From Candidatus Thorarchaeota archaeon (lineage in GTDB: Archaea; Asgardarchaeota; Thorarchaeia; Thorarchaeales; Thorarchaeaceae), in NCBI GenBank assembly GCA_029855935.1, contig JAGSHN010000007.1, positions 1-31,017 of the forward strand: a DNA stretch of 31,017 bases, given 5' to 3'. Positions 1 through 9,219 of the stretch are shown piece by piece; position 1 is the first letter of the stretch, and each line of letters starts with the position of its first letter. Below the pieces are notes generated by a model. The model did no database searches, was not told the DNA's origin, and saw only the letters and a program-made list of their open reading frames with translations. The position numbers were made by a program, and so were the translations under genes.

Positions 1-2445
1 AATACCGTCGCTTCCACAGGCGTAGACAGTATTATTCGTCAGAATCAGGTTATGACCGACCTCAAAACGAATCCCATAGCCACTAATGTCATGAATGATA
101 TTTCCCGACAAAGTGATATTGTTCGGCAAGCGGGATGAGTCTACGTAGCCAGCATAGACTCCTGCGGTTCCACCGTAGATCACATTGTTCGAAACGGTTG
201 CATAGTCAGTGGAAATCCAATCCAGGTCAATGCCGTAGCCGTCATAGAGATGAATCTGATTACCGCTGATGTTCACTCCTGTGCCGCTTCGTGTGAGCCT
301 TATCGCACCTGTTGTGTTTTCAAAGGTGTTGTCAGAGATCGTGCAATAATCCGCGATATCGAAAGTGATCGGGCGGGAAGTTGAGTCTTCAAAGGTGCAG
401 TTCCTTACACTCACATTATAGGAACCGTATGTTGAAAGGGTGGTAGCACCAAAGTCAACTGATTCGATCTGGGTGAGATTATCGTAGTTGACCTTCATTC
501 CTCTGTCGCGTATGATACTGTTCACAACAGTCACATTCTGTGAGTTCTGGATAGTAAAGTAGTCGCCCTCTACGACGATGTTATTCACACGGGTATCTTC
601 AATATGATCGACTGTAAGACCGGAGTCAAAGGCAGAGTCCTCTAGCATGATTCTCTCGCCAGCGGGATCGATTGACAGGAGGCCTGCTGTGACGTTTGTA
701 CCACTGACTGCAATCAAGTCCTGAGTGGAGATATCCAGTCCAGAGGCGGGAACGGTGAACAGGCTTCCAGTCAAAGCGACCCACGAGTGCGATGTTCCGG
801 TGATGTCCCCACCGAGTGTTCCTGAAACGGATTCGGTCACGAGTCCAGCGCCCGAGCCTGACAGCGTGATAGCTCCGGGAACGGTGAGGCTATGATTCCA
901 GTAGGCATGAGGAGTAGTGATCACCCAAGCCCCTGATCCGGGAGGCAGCTCGCCAATCTTGTAGACCGGATGGTTGTCTGTTATGTTTCCTCCGGTTCCA
1001 TCCGCATCGAACGCCGAATCACCAAACCAGTCATTGTCGCCGTCTGTACCATCGTAGGTGTCCCATAGATTTCCAATGGTTCCGTTATCCCAGACAGTGT
1101 TCGTGTGGTTATAGTCAAAGGCTGTGCGACTGCAATACATGAATGCATTATTGTAGATGGTGTTGTTCATGCTGGTACTATTGATTCCGACACCGACTCC
1201 TGCGGCGATAAAGAGGTTGCCCGTGATCGTGACGTTCGACGCGTGATCTTCCAACCGAACACCATATTCTCCGGGTTGGCCGACCAAGTTGTTTTCAATA
1301 GTGATGTTGTGGATGTATTGTCCTTTCAGCCAGATGGCACTACCATCTAGGAACGAAAAGGCATTGGCCTGAATCAAGATGTTCCGCGAATAGGCCGGAT
1401 TGGCATGGTAATTGCCATCCACATATATTGCAGGGGCCGAGTTAGTTCCGAAATACTTGGAGTACTGGCCATGTAGATAAGCAAACTTGTTGTTCACAAT
1501 GGTTGTGTTCGAAGCAGAAGCAACAGAGGGCTCAAGCATGATCCCGGTGGCCCATGACTCTGTGATCTCGTTGTTGATCATCCGAGTCGCGAACCCTCGA
1601 TCGAAGATGACCGGATACGCCGAACCAGATGAATCCCCGACACTGGTGAATGTATTGTCCTGTATGAGAGTATTTTGAGCGCTGGGACCGACCTCTATGA
1701 TTGAAGTGTAATCGAATGCTCCAGAAACATGACAGTCGTGAAACGTATTTCCTTGAATGACCACTGCATTGGAAGAACCATATCCAACTGAGATGAGCCT
1801 CGTGGGCACATTTGTCCCTGAACTGTATGATCCGTCGAACTCATTAAAGCTAACATTTACACATCCAAAAAGGCCGTAAGGGATGCTGATGAGAGTAGCA
1901 TAGTTGCCGGTGTAGTTGCGAAACGTGTTTCCAGTCACTGTTGTGTAGTAAATGCCCCCACCTGAAGTACCCCCAATTGAGATATGATCAAGGTTTTCTA
2001 TTAGTGATCCATTGATGTCGCCGGATGCCCTAGCGGCATAAGTGATATTCAAGCTCTTTGTTGTGGAATAGAGATGACTATCAATTATGTCGAGGCTTGT
2101 ATCACTCCCAGCCCTTATTGAACTTGATGACCCAGAGGGTGCGAAATTGATCGTCGTATTGGTCAGATTCAATGACCCGGGCGAGTTTATCACGATATCT
2201 CCATAGACCGTCAATACTTCATCGACATACGTTGTGGACTGGTTGATGATCCAGTCCCCGCTTCCTGGATATTTGTCCCCGCTCGTACTTGCCGTGGTTG
2301 TTGGCGGCGTGAACATTGCATTCGAATGAGGAACGGTATCCAAGTCGTGATGCGAATTGACCGTCGGCTGTGACCCAAAAATACCTATTAGGCCAATTAG
2401 CACCACAAGCCCAACTGCCATGGTTGTGGTGGCGGAAAATCTCAC
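1..2445 (-). CDS. Secreted right-handed parallel beta-helix (NosD/CASH-like) surface protein, >=815 aa, runs off the left edge
   Basis: Hand translation. GTG at 2445 follows a GAGGT SD (alternative ATG at 2421), with an in-frame stop just upstream. N-terminus is signal-like (MRFSATTTMAVGLVVLIGLIGIFG). It carries repeated N-x-I-x-x-N beta-helix turns and the WDNGTIGNLWDTYDGTDGDNDWFGD cap motif, and is open to position 1 (..VYACGSDGI). Absent from the ORF track because there is no stop in the window. Confidence 0.9.
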   Translation of the reverse strand, partial: MRFSATTTMAVGLVVLIGLIGIFGSQPTVNSHHDLDTVPHSNAMFTPPTTTASTSGDKYPGSGDWIINQSTTYVDEVLTVYGDIVINSPGSLNLTNTTINFAPSGSSSSIRAGSDTSLDIIDSHLYSTTKSLNITYAARASGDINGSLIENLDHISIGGTSGGGIYYTTVTGNTFRNYTGNYATLISIPYGLFGCVNVSFNEFDGSYSSGTNVPTRLISVGYGSSNAVVIQGNTFHDCHVSGAFDYTSIIEVGPSAQNTLIQDNTFTSVGDSSGSAYPVIFDRGFATRMINNEITESWATGIMLEPSVASASNTTIVNNKFAYLHGQYSKYFGTNSAPAIYVDGNYHANPAYSRNILIQANAFSFLDGSAIWLKGQYIHNITIENNLVGQPGEYGVRLEDHASNVTITGNLFIAAGVGVGINSTSMNNTIYNNAFMYCSRTAFDYNHTNTVWDNGTIGNLWDTYDGTDGDNDWFGDSAFDADGTGGNITDNHPVYKIGELPPGSGAWVITTPHAYWNHSLTVPGAITLSGSGAGLVTESVSGTLGGDITGTSHSWVALTGSLFTVPASGLDISTQDLIAVSGTNVTAGLLSIDPAGERIMLEDSAFDSGLTVDHIEDTRVNNIVVEGDYFTIQNSQNVTVVNSIIRDRGMKVNYDNLTQIESVDFGATTLSTYGSYNVSVRNCTFEDSTSRPITFDIADYCTISDNTFENTTGAIRLTRSGTGVNISGNQIHLYDGYGIDLDWISTDYATVSNNVIYGGTAGVYAGYVDSSRLPNNITLSGNIIHDISGYGIRFEVGHNLILTNNTVYACGSDGI

Positions 2446-2490
2446 TAGAAGACCTCGGAGTAACTATGGCCTGCTGTGACTGAAGATTCG

Positions 2491-2497
2491 TTTTAAA
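2491..2497 (-). promoter_or_regulatory. TATA-like box (TTTAAAA) upstream of the beta-helix gene
   Basis: TTTAAAA on the minus strand ~45 nt upstream of GTG 2445; a second AT box (TTTATCTATAT) lies near 2528-2538. Confidence 0.45.
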
Positions 2498-2770
2498 CCC
2501 ATCACATACGGAGACGTTCTGCAATTCATATAGATAAATAGAGGATGATATCAAGGATGTTGGCTTGGCGAAAAATGTTTGCCATACTTGGAACGAACGC
2601 TTCAGGCTCGCTGAGGTCCGTGGGGATGGTCTCAACGATCGAGGCGGTGATGCGTGCGTACGGCTGGAATCCCTGGAGCTGCAAGTGTGTCAGGTTGCTC
2701 ATCGACCACATGAGAGTTGAACCTTCGACTCTTTGAGGACTTCTCAGCACGGGTCAGTCAGTGAGTGGCG

Positions 2771-3460
2771 TTACCAGTTCAGAACAATCTGCCACTCGCT
2801 TCTGTCGTGTGAGGACATCACGGGGACATACTCTATGGGGTTGAACGGGAGGTCGACTCCGAGTGACTTGCGCACTTGGAGGTAGTGTCGTCCCCGCGAT
2901 GTGCTCAGGTTGATGATGCCGTGTGCCAATGAGAAGAGCTGATTCATCGTGATTCTGTCGGTGGCATTCTCGTGTATCAGGTAGAACTCGATTGAACCGA
3001 CCTTGACGCTCTCCTCGACCGACTCCTTGAAGAATGAGACGACATCGCGTGGGGAGAAATCGATCAGGAGAGGTGTAAGCCCCTCAAACGTCACCACGTC
3101 CGGTCCGTACACTCTTCTTAGCTCTCTCATCATAATGTTGATCTCGTGCAAGCGGGGCGCACAGGAGTGCTCGCCGAGCACCTCCTGACCGTAGCGCACC
3201 TCGAGGATCTTGAAGTAGTCGTCCTGCAGTCGGGCCACGTCGCGCATCAGGTCCCGGTTCCTTGCCTCAGTGATGACCTGCAGTGTTCGCAGGCCGTCGT
3301 GGAGCGCCTGCCTGAGAAGAGTCAGCATGAACAAGTCGTAGTGGCTATCTTGTGTGGCCGTCACCACGAACACGTAGCCTCTCGGTGGTGCTCTGAGCAG
3401 TCTTCGGACCACATCCGGATGCCCGTGCGTCTCCTCCTTCCGATGCTTTTCTACAGGCAC
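2771..3460 (-). CDS. Catalytically dead RAD55/KaiC-like RecA-fold protein
   Basis: KaiC-like element order is kept, but the P-loop reads VVTATQDSHYD, the Walker B position VVTFEGLTPLL, then LAHGIINL and YLQVRKSLG in place of the K-x-R-G arginine finger. Confidence 0.7.
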   Translation of the reverse strand: MPVEKHRKEETHGHPDVVRRLLRAPPRGYVFVVTATQDSHYDLFMLTLLRQALHDGLRTLQVITEARNRDLMRDVARLQDDYFKILEVRYGQEVLGEHSCAPRLHEINIMMRELRRVYGPDVVTFEGLTPLLIDFSPRDVVSFFKESVEESVKVGSIEFYLIHENATDRITMNQLFSLAHGIINLSTSRGRHYLQVRKSLGVDLPFNPIEYVPVMSSHDRSEWQIVLNW

Positions 3461-3484
3461 TCGCTTGCCACATCCAAGCCGAGA

Positions 3485-3871
3485 CTAGGAAGCGAGCCCG
3501 AGGTGTTTCTGAATGGTGGCGATGAGAGCACTGCCCGACAGAGGCTTTACGATGTAGTCATCTGCTCCGACCTCGCGACCTCGTCTTATGTCCTGATCGA
3601 AGCCCCTGGCCGTGAACATCAGCACCGGCACGCCTTCGAATCTCTTGTCGGCCTTTATCCGACTGCATACCTCGAAACCGTCGAGGCCTGGGAGGACCAC
3701 GTCTAGCAATATGAGGTCAGGATGTTCGTCAATCGCCTTCTCGATGGCCTCCTCACCGTTCTTTGCGGTGACCACCTCGAAGCCGTGTCCCTCAAGGAAC
3801 TTCTTGGCGAGTTCGACGGTGACCTCCTCATCGTCGACAACGAGTATCTTCTTGGTAGCGTTGCCGTCCAT
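3485..3871 (-). CDS. Stand-alone response regulator receiver (CheY-like)
   Basis: KKILVVDDE, PDLILLDVVLPGLDG (phospho-Asp), MFTA, ADDYIVKP: all canonical REC residues, no output domain; GAGGAG SD. Confidence 0.95.
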   Translation of the reverse strand: MDGNATKKILVVDDEEVTVELAKKFLEGHGFEVVTAKNGEEAIEKAIDEHPDLILLDVVLPGLDGFEVCSRIKADKRFEGVPVLMFTARGFDQDIRRGREVGADDYIVKPLSGSALIATIQKHLGLAS

Positions 3872-4090
3872 TGGAACTCCTCTGCTCTGTCGTTGTTCTC
3901 TCCTCTGTCACGGCAAGGAACCTCTCTCGAGCCCACATCCTGTCATCTGGCCTTTTGCAACGGACATTAGTAAGCCTTTCGGGCTCGTATGATGATGCCC
4001 CCAGATCGATTGGGAATCGATCCCAGACCCGCACCGGGACCAATGGGCCTCCAATTCTGCGGGTGCCGGCTGTTCTGTGGCCAGCACCCG

Positions 4091-5473
4091 TCAGACCACC
4101 GGCACGAGATCGTAGTCGAGAAACCCTGTCTCCAACCTTGGCGTGAGAACGAGGAACCCTGTCCGGGGGTTTGACCCGTAGAGCGCTATCACCCCGCACA
4201 GCTGTCTGACGACGATGTGGACTGTATGAGGCACACGGCTGCACAAGACTTCCTGATGTCTGGTGAGGACGGCCACCGTCGTGGTGCTAGTTTCGGCCAG
4301 GGATGCCGCCATCTCGGCCATCATCCCGGCTGCGTCATGGGATCCGTACATATTCTCAAGAGTGTCGAGTGAGATGAACTGGGTGACATCTTGGCCAAAG
4401 CGGCGCGCCAGCTGATGAACTTCGTAGCGAAGCTCCTGCAAGGTCCTCTGCGGGTCGTCGTCGAGTGTTCTCACGTTTGAGGACGAGCTGACATAGTGCC
4501 TGCCGAAGAAGATCATCTGATTGTTGACGGCCTCCCTCTCCACGAAGTAGCTCAGTCCCCGAACGAGTCGCTCTTGGGACCAGCCTTCGGGGAGCACCAC
4601 GACAACACCACGTCCGAGCTGAAGCTGGTTGGAGAGGAACGGGATGTAGAGAGTCTCAACGTACGGTGATGTCATGCTATCAATCTCAATGAGATTGACC
4701 ATCCCCTTCTGGAACCCCCCGTGAAGGAGATTGTCGAGTCCGCGGCTACCTGTGGATACGTGCCTCTTCGAGGCGTCGCGAATTGGTTCTCTTCCGATGG
4801 TGATGGCCGGGAATCTATGCCGGTACCAGGGAATGTACTTGAACCTCCCTCCGTGCAGTGTGAAGAGAAACTCATCCTGATCGACTGTGGCACCACGCAG
4901 TTTGTGGATTCTCATCACGCGATAGGCACGGTCCTCTTCTCTCATCCTCGTGAGGGAGACTATCCCATCGGCGGCTCTGAGCAATGTCGCCCTCAACTGA
5001 TCGTCTTGGGCATTGTCCGCGACGAGGACAAGTCGTCTGTTCCCGCTCCTGGCGGCACTGGTCAGGGCGCGCTGGATGTCTTCCTGTAGGGCGGGTGGGT
5101 AGTCACCCAGAAGATGAGTGAGCGAGTCAATGATGATTGTGGGGCTCTCTATCGCCTCACCCTCTGCAGCTGATATTGTTCCGAGTAGCACGTCGAGGTC
5201 ATTCGAGCGCAGCGTGTCGGACGTCAGCTGTCCCGGCTGGTCGACTATTGTGCACCTCCGCTCCCATTCCTCAGTGGACTGTAGCGACCGTCTGTACTCG
5301 TCAACGCTCTCTGACGATGTGATAATGAGATGCGACTCTGGGAACGTCCTGAAGATCTCCCGGGCCAGAAGGGTCTTCCCTGCTCCCGGTTCGCCCATCA
5401 CGACGAGGACATATCCCCGGTCGGCCTTCAACACCTCAGCTACGAGAGGAGGTATGGCACCTGCCTCGGCCAT
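4091..5473 (-). CDS. Two-domain GvpD/KaiC-like P-loop ATPase (second domain degenerate)
   Basis: Walker A GEPGAGKT, Walker B IIIDS, AADGIVSL, HKLRG finger. The second domain starts VSTGSRGLDNLLHGG but lacks Walker A. Start moved from 5509 to ATG 5473 (GGTGA SD; TTTAT box near 5514-5518). Confidence 0.85.
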   Translation of the reverse strand: MAEAGAIPPLVAEVLKADRGYVLVVMGEPGAGKTLLAREIFRTFPESHLIITSSESVDEYRRSLQSTEEWERRCTIVDQPGQLTSDTLRSNDLDVLLGTISAAEGEAIESPTIIIDSLTHLLGDYPPALQEDIQRALTSAARSGNRRLVLVADNAQDDQLRATLLRAADGIVSLTRMREEDRAYRVMRIHKLRGATVDQDEFLFTLHGGRFKYIPWYRHRFPAITIGREPIRDASKRHVSTGSRGLDNLLHGGFQKGMVNLIEIDSMTSPYVETLYIPFLSNQLQLGRGVVVVLPEGWSQERLVRGLSYFVEREAVNNQMIFFGRHYVSSSSNVRTLDDDPQRTLQELRYEVHQLARRFGQDVTQFISLDTLENMYGSHDAAGMMAEMAASLAETSTTTVAVLTRHQEVLCSRVPHTVHIVVRQLCGVIALYGSNPRTGFLVLTPRLETGFLDYDLVPVV

Positions 5474-5568
5474 GTCTTTCACCGTTTCGGCGTCGGGTTG
5501 GGCCCGCATTCGGATAAATTCATGCCCTGTGTTGTCCAGTCTGGTTCTGTCCCGCTGTATCGCACGTC

Positions 5569-6123
5569 TCAGTCACGTGGTTCACGAAAGAGCTCCATCT
5601 TGTGGATGTCCACATACCTGCCGTCTATGAAGTTGGCCTCGTGGGCGGTACCATATATCTTGAAGCCGAGCTTCTGATAGAGATGGACGGCCCGTTCATT
5701 GAAAGCGTAGACGGAAAGTGCGATACGCCGGAGATTCAGGTGCCTCCAGCCAAAGTCGATTAGGAGCCTAAGTGCCTCGCCGCCATAACCCTTGCTCCAG
5801 TTCTGGGGATCGTGAATCGCCACGCCGAGCTCAGCAGAACGCGACATCCAGTTGATGGAGTGCAGTCCGCAGAGGCCAAGAAACTCGTCGTCCTCAATCC
5901 GCTCTATTACGAAGACGAAGTTCTTCCTCTGCTCCATCAGGCGGATCTGCTGACGAATCCATTCCTCCTCACTCTCGTAGGCGTCGGGGATGACCCCATT
6001 AAGAAGAATCTTCAGCTCGGGATTGTTCCAGCCCCTCCAGATGTCATCAAGGTGCCTCAGTCCCAGCGGCACAAGTCGTACTCTCTCTCCGTTGAACACT
6101 ATGCTCATCTCCCTCTTAGTCAT
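5569..6123 (-). CDS. GNAT N-acetyltransferase, RimJ/RimL family
   Basis: GERVRLVP, SAELGVAI, acetyl-CoA motif WSKGYGGEA, LRRIALSVYAFNERAVHLYQKLGF; ATGA 4-nt overlap with the TPR gene stop. Confidence 0.92.
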   Translation of the reverse strand: MTKREMSIVFNGERVRLVPLGLRHLDDIWRGWNNPELKILLNGVIPDAYESEEEWIRQQIRLMEQRKNFVFVIERIEDDEFLGLCGLHSINWMSRSAELGVAIHDPQNWSKGYGGEALRLLIDFGWRHLNLRRIALSVYAFNERAVHLYQKLGFKIYGTAHEANFIDGRYVDIHKMELFREPRD

Positions 6124-7709
6124 GCACCCTCCGTTGTCTCCGCCAGCCTATTGATGAAGGCCTTCAGAAAAGGACAGAGTCTCTGCATCCAGCGGATGTT
6201 TCCATAGCACTCCTTGTTCATTGTCTTTCTGTCCACCCTGCACTGGAAGTCTAGCTCGGGGTCGAAAAACACACAGTATGTGCTGGTCAGACTCTTCTTT
6301 TCGAAGATACGCTGACGGATTCTCCTCATCTGCTCAAGGTCGCTATTGCCCTCCCAGTCCTCTGGGCGTCCTACTTTCTCCCGAATCCTGTCTAGGAGGT
6401 CGGAGGGAGCATTATTGCTCTTTTGCCAGTGGACACTCAGAATGCTCACGTCAGCCAGAAACACTGAGAGGGGGAACAGCACCTCACTGGCGGTTCGTCG
6501 GGCCTCCTCGTAGTGGGCAAGAGCCCCCTTCGCGTGACCTTGAAGCGCGTGAACATCACCGGCCAACAGATGCGACAAGATCTTGAGACTCTTCATTCCT
6601 GACTTTGAGGAGATCTGTGCGGCCTCTTCGTACCTCTTCACGGCCTCGTCTGGCTCGCCCTTCCTAAGTGCTACTCCGCCGAGATTGATGGTCGCAACTA
6701 CTAGGCCGCGCACATACTCGGCCTCCTGACTAATCTCAAGGGCTTTCCGATTGTACTTCTCCATAGGTTCGAGCTGGCCCAGCGCCCGGTCCACCTCTCC
6801 GATGTTTATCAGTGAACGGACCAGACCTATCTGATTGTTCAGCTGCTGAGTGATTATCATCTCGTCCTCGAACATATCGCGGGCGTCCTGAAAGCGTCCC
6901 GTTGAGAGGAATATCACACCGAGCAGGTTCATGGCCTGCGCAAGGCCGTCTAGATATCCCATCATCTCAAACTGTGTCCTTGCGTAGTTGACGAGCTGCA
7001 CTGCCTCCTCGTATTCCTTGCTATTTTCGAGCACAACGGCACGCTCGTACGCTATCTTGGCCTCAGCCAGTCTGTGATTGAGCGCGTTGGCAGTCTTTGC
7101 TGCTGCATCCAGTCGAATGAGTGCCTCGTCCAACGCTCCCTGAAGGACAGCTACTCGCGCAAGAGCGAGATGACAGTCGAGAAGGGCGGCCTGAACACGA
7201 TTCCTGATGTCCTTGTCGTTCTTCGTTGCCTCTGTGACTCTCTCAATCGTGTCCATGGCGATTGTCTTGGCACGCTCTGTGTAGCCTAGCTCGATGAGGA
7301 GCGTTGCGTGTTGCCCGGCCAGTTCGGCAAAGGCAATATAGTTGCTGGCCTGCCACGCCTGATTCACGTACGTCTGAAGGTTGTTCACCCAGCGTGGGTC
7401 AAGGCTCTGCCTACAGAGGCTTGCCGCGGCATAGCCCCTACAGACAACGTTCTTTGTGCCTTTCGACAGTATCTGGTTGTAGCCGTACATCCCACGGAGA
7501 AAGCACGCCTTTGCTATCATTGACAGGAAGCCATCGGAGTGGTTCTTCCACTCACCCGTTGCGACGTACTCTGCAAGGGTGTCCGTGAAGCTTCGGAAGG
7601 GGTCTGCCGTTCTCCTCAGCGGATCGGCCAGACGTCTGACGAGTTCCTCTCTCTCAGCATCCTCTATCTCATAGACCCTGAACTCTGGGATTATCGGCTC
7701 GTCCGTCAA
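6120..7709 (-). CDS. Tetratricopeptide-repeat protein with C-terminal Cys4 motif
   Basis: About 6 ~40-aa TPR-like units (AMNLLGVIFLSTGRFQDA, SLINIGEVDRALGQ, ATINLGGVALRKGEPDEA); TTG start; C-x10-C-x10-C-x10-C near the C-terminus. Confidence 0.88.
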   Translation of the reverse strand: MTDEPIIPEFRVYEIEDAEREELVRRLADPLRRTADPFRSFTDTLAEYVATGEWKNHSDGFLSMIAKACFLRGMYGYNQILSKGTKNVVCRGYAAASLCRQSLDPRWVNNLQTYVNQAWQASNYIAFAELAGQHATLLIELGYTERAKTIAMDTIERVTEATKNDKDIRNRVQAALLDCHLALARVAVLQGALDEALIRLDAAAKTANALNHRLAEAKIAYERAVVLENSKEYEEAVQLVNYARTQFEMMGYLDGLAQAMNLLGVIFLSTGRFQDARDMFEDEMIITQQLNNQIGLVRSLINIGEVDRALGQLEPMEKYNRKALEISQEAEYVRGLVVATINLGGVALRKGEPDEAVKRYEEAAQISSKSGMKSLKILSHLLAGDVHALQGHAKGALAHYEEARRTASEVLFPLSVFLADVSILSVHWQKSNNAPSDLLDRIREKVGRPEDWEGNSDLEQMRRIRQRIFEKKSLTSTYCVFFDPELDFQCRVDRKTMNKECYGNIRWMQRLCPFLKAFINRLAETTEGA

Positions 7710-7944
7710 TTTTGGTCAGGCATCCCGGTCTTTTTCCAGATGTGCCAATCCTCTTCTCCTGCTTGCGTTTGACGCCTCATCAAAGGCACTATAGTGCAGC
7801 TCTTCGCCAGTCATTAGTGTTTCGCGTGTGTTGTCAGGATTCTCTCGGCTCCTCGCACGCCGGGAGAGGCCCCCTCGCATTGGCCCGAGCGCCACATGTG
7901 ACACGTGACCTGCTCGCGAGGGATGCCTATGCGATTGCCAAGAG

Positions 7945-7950
7945 TTATAA
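7945..7950. promoter_or_regulatory. Palindromic TATA-like box TTATAA in the divergent TPR/KaiC intergenic region
   Basis: The clearest AT box in a GC-rich 336-nt divergent spacer. Confidence 0.4.
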
Positions 7951-8045
7951 CCGCACACGGGACATAACGACGGAGTAGGACCGTGCCCGCGTGCAGTCGC
8001 GGCACAAGCGCGGATACGGCGTGAAGAGGACGGTGCACCTACACA

Positions 8046-8801
8046 ATGTCCCTTGTGAGAGTGAGTACGGGCGTGCCGGGGCTTGATGAGGCTCTCGGCG
8101 GGGGGCTTGAGATGGGGCGATCGGTCCTTGTTGCTGGTGGCCCGGGTACCGGGAAGAGCATCCTCACTTGGCACTTCCTATTCGAGGGGGTGAGGGAGGG
8201 TGAGGCCGGTGTGCTTCTCTCCCTCGATCAGGACGAAGATATGATTCGAAGGGACATGACGAGGTTGGGTATGAGTGTCGACAGTGCTGTCGAGTCTGGT
8301 CTACTGACTCTCCTCTGCGGTGACCTACGCGTTGTCCCGCGTGAGGGCGGATACGAGTATCTCATTGCCTTTGACCATCCTCTTATGCAGGAGCAGCCGC
8401 TGACAATTCCACGCCTAGCGGACCTCGTCACGCGGCGGGCCAAGGAGGTCAATGCCCGACGCATTGTCGTCGACGGGATAGGTCCTCTGTTGGAGCTCGC
8501 GGGGTCGAGCTTTGAGATACGACAGCTTGTCTACTCCTTCATTCGGAGTCTTGCCTCGTGCGGCACGACCGTGATGCTGACACACGAGCTGAGGACCATT
8601 CCAGGTGCGGTGAATGATGAGATGCCCTTCTTCATTGTCGATGGTGTCATCAGGCTTGACATGGTCTACAGGACGGGCGACTACATCAGGACACTACGCA
8701 TTGTCAAGATGCGGGGCATCGAGCATGTGATGCGCCCGATAATGTTCAAGGTCACATCCGAGGGAATCATCGTGTTTCCGGACACCAAGATTCCTGATTG
8801 A
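8046..8801 (+). CDS. Single-domain KaiC/RAD55-family ATPase
   Basis: RVSTGVPGLDEALGGG, Walker A GGPGTGKS, Walker B RIVVDG, IVDGVIRL, LRIVKMRG, EGIIV. Confidence 0.93.
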   Translation: MSLVRVSTGVPGLDEALGGGLEMGRSVLVAGGPGTGKSILTWHFLFEGVREGEAGVLLSLDQDEDMIRRDMTRLGMSVDSAVESGLLTLLCGDLRVVPREGGYEYLIAFDHPLMQEQPLTIPRLADLVTRRAKEVNARRIVVDGIGPLLELAGSSFEIRQLVYSFIRSLASCGTTVMLTHELRTIPGAVNDEMPFFIVDGVIRLDMVYRTGDYIRTLRIVKMRGIEHVMRPIMFKVTSEGIIVFPDTKIPD

Positions 8802-8810
8802 TGTCTTTTC

Positions 8811-9194
8811 TCACTCTACTCTAAAGACGGGTGCCACCTTGCGAACAATGTCTGTCAGGTCGTACATACTGAACGGCTTGACGAGGTAGGCCCTTGCTCC
8901 TGCGGCGAGGAGCCTCTCGCTCGCGCCAAAGCGCCCCTCAGTGATTGCAACTATGGCGGTGCCGCTGTCGACATCGAGGATCTTCTCGATGAGGCGCACC
9001 ATCTCGTACTCGTCAAGGCCAAGGTCCACAATCACCACGTCCGGGTGATGCATCCTGATGAGGCCTATGAGCTCCATCTGGTCGGAGCACTCCGCCACCA
9101 CATGCATCCCGTCATCCTCAAGGGCAATCCTCACCAGGGATCGTAGAAATGAGACATCTCCCGCAACGACAATTGAGGGGTTCGGTCTTGACAT
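8811..9194 (-). CDS. Stand-alone atypical receiver domain
   Basis: PDVVIVDLGL, AITE and ARAYLVKPF are present, but the acidic pocket reads VVAGDV. Start taken as ATG 9194 (GAGGGGAG SD) rather than 9239. Confidence 0.88.
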   Translation of the reverse strand: MSRPNPSIVVAGDVSFLRSLVRIALEDDGMHVVAECSDQMELIGLIRMHHPDVVIVDLGLDEYEMVRLIEKILDVDSGTAIVAITEGRFGASERLLAAGARAYLVKPFSMYDLTDIVRKVAPVFRVE

Positions 9195-9219
9195 CAGCTC
9201 TCCCCTCACGGAGATGTTG

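Noticed and set aside
2526-2750. 74-aa minus ORF and overlapping 63-aa plus ORF
   Set aside because: No recognisable motif, and they overlap the promoter region of the beta-helix gene; cannot be supported
4091-5473. Gas-vesicle function (gvpD) or a true circadian kaiC
   Set aside because: No gvp or kaiA/kaiB genes in the window, and phosphosites and second-domain motifs are missing
7716-8174. 152-aa minus ORF, or a 32-aa leader ORF ending 6 nt before the TPR start
   Set aside because: Overlaps the KaiC gene antisense and has an Arg/Ser/Ala-rich non-coding composition; no evidence for the short version
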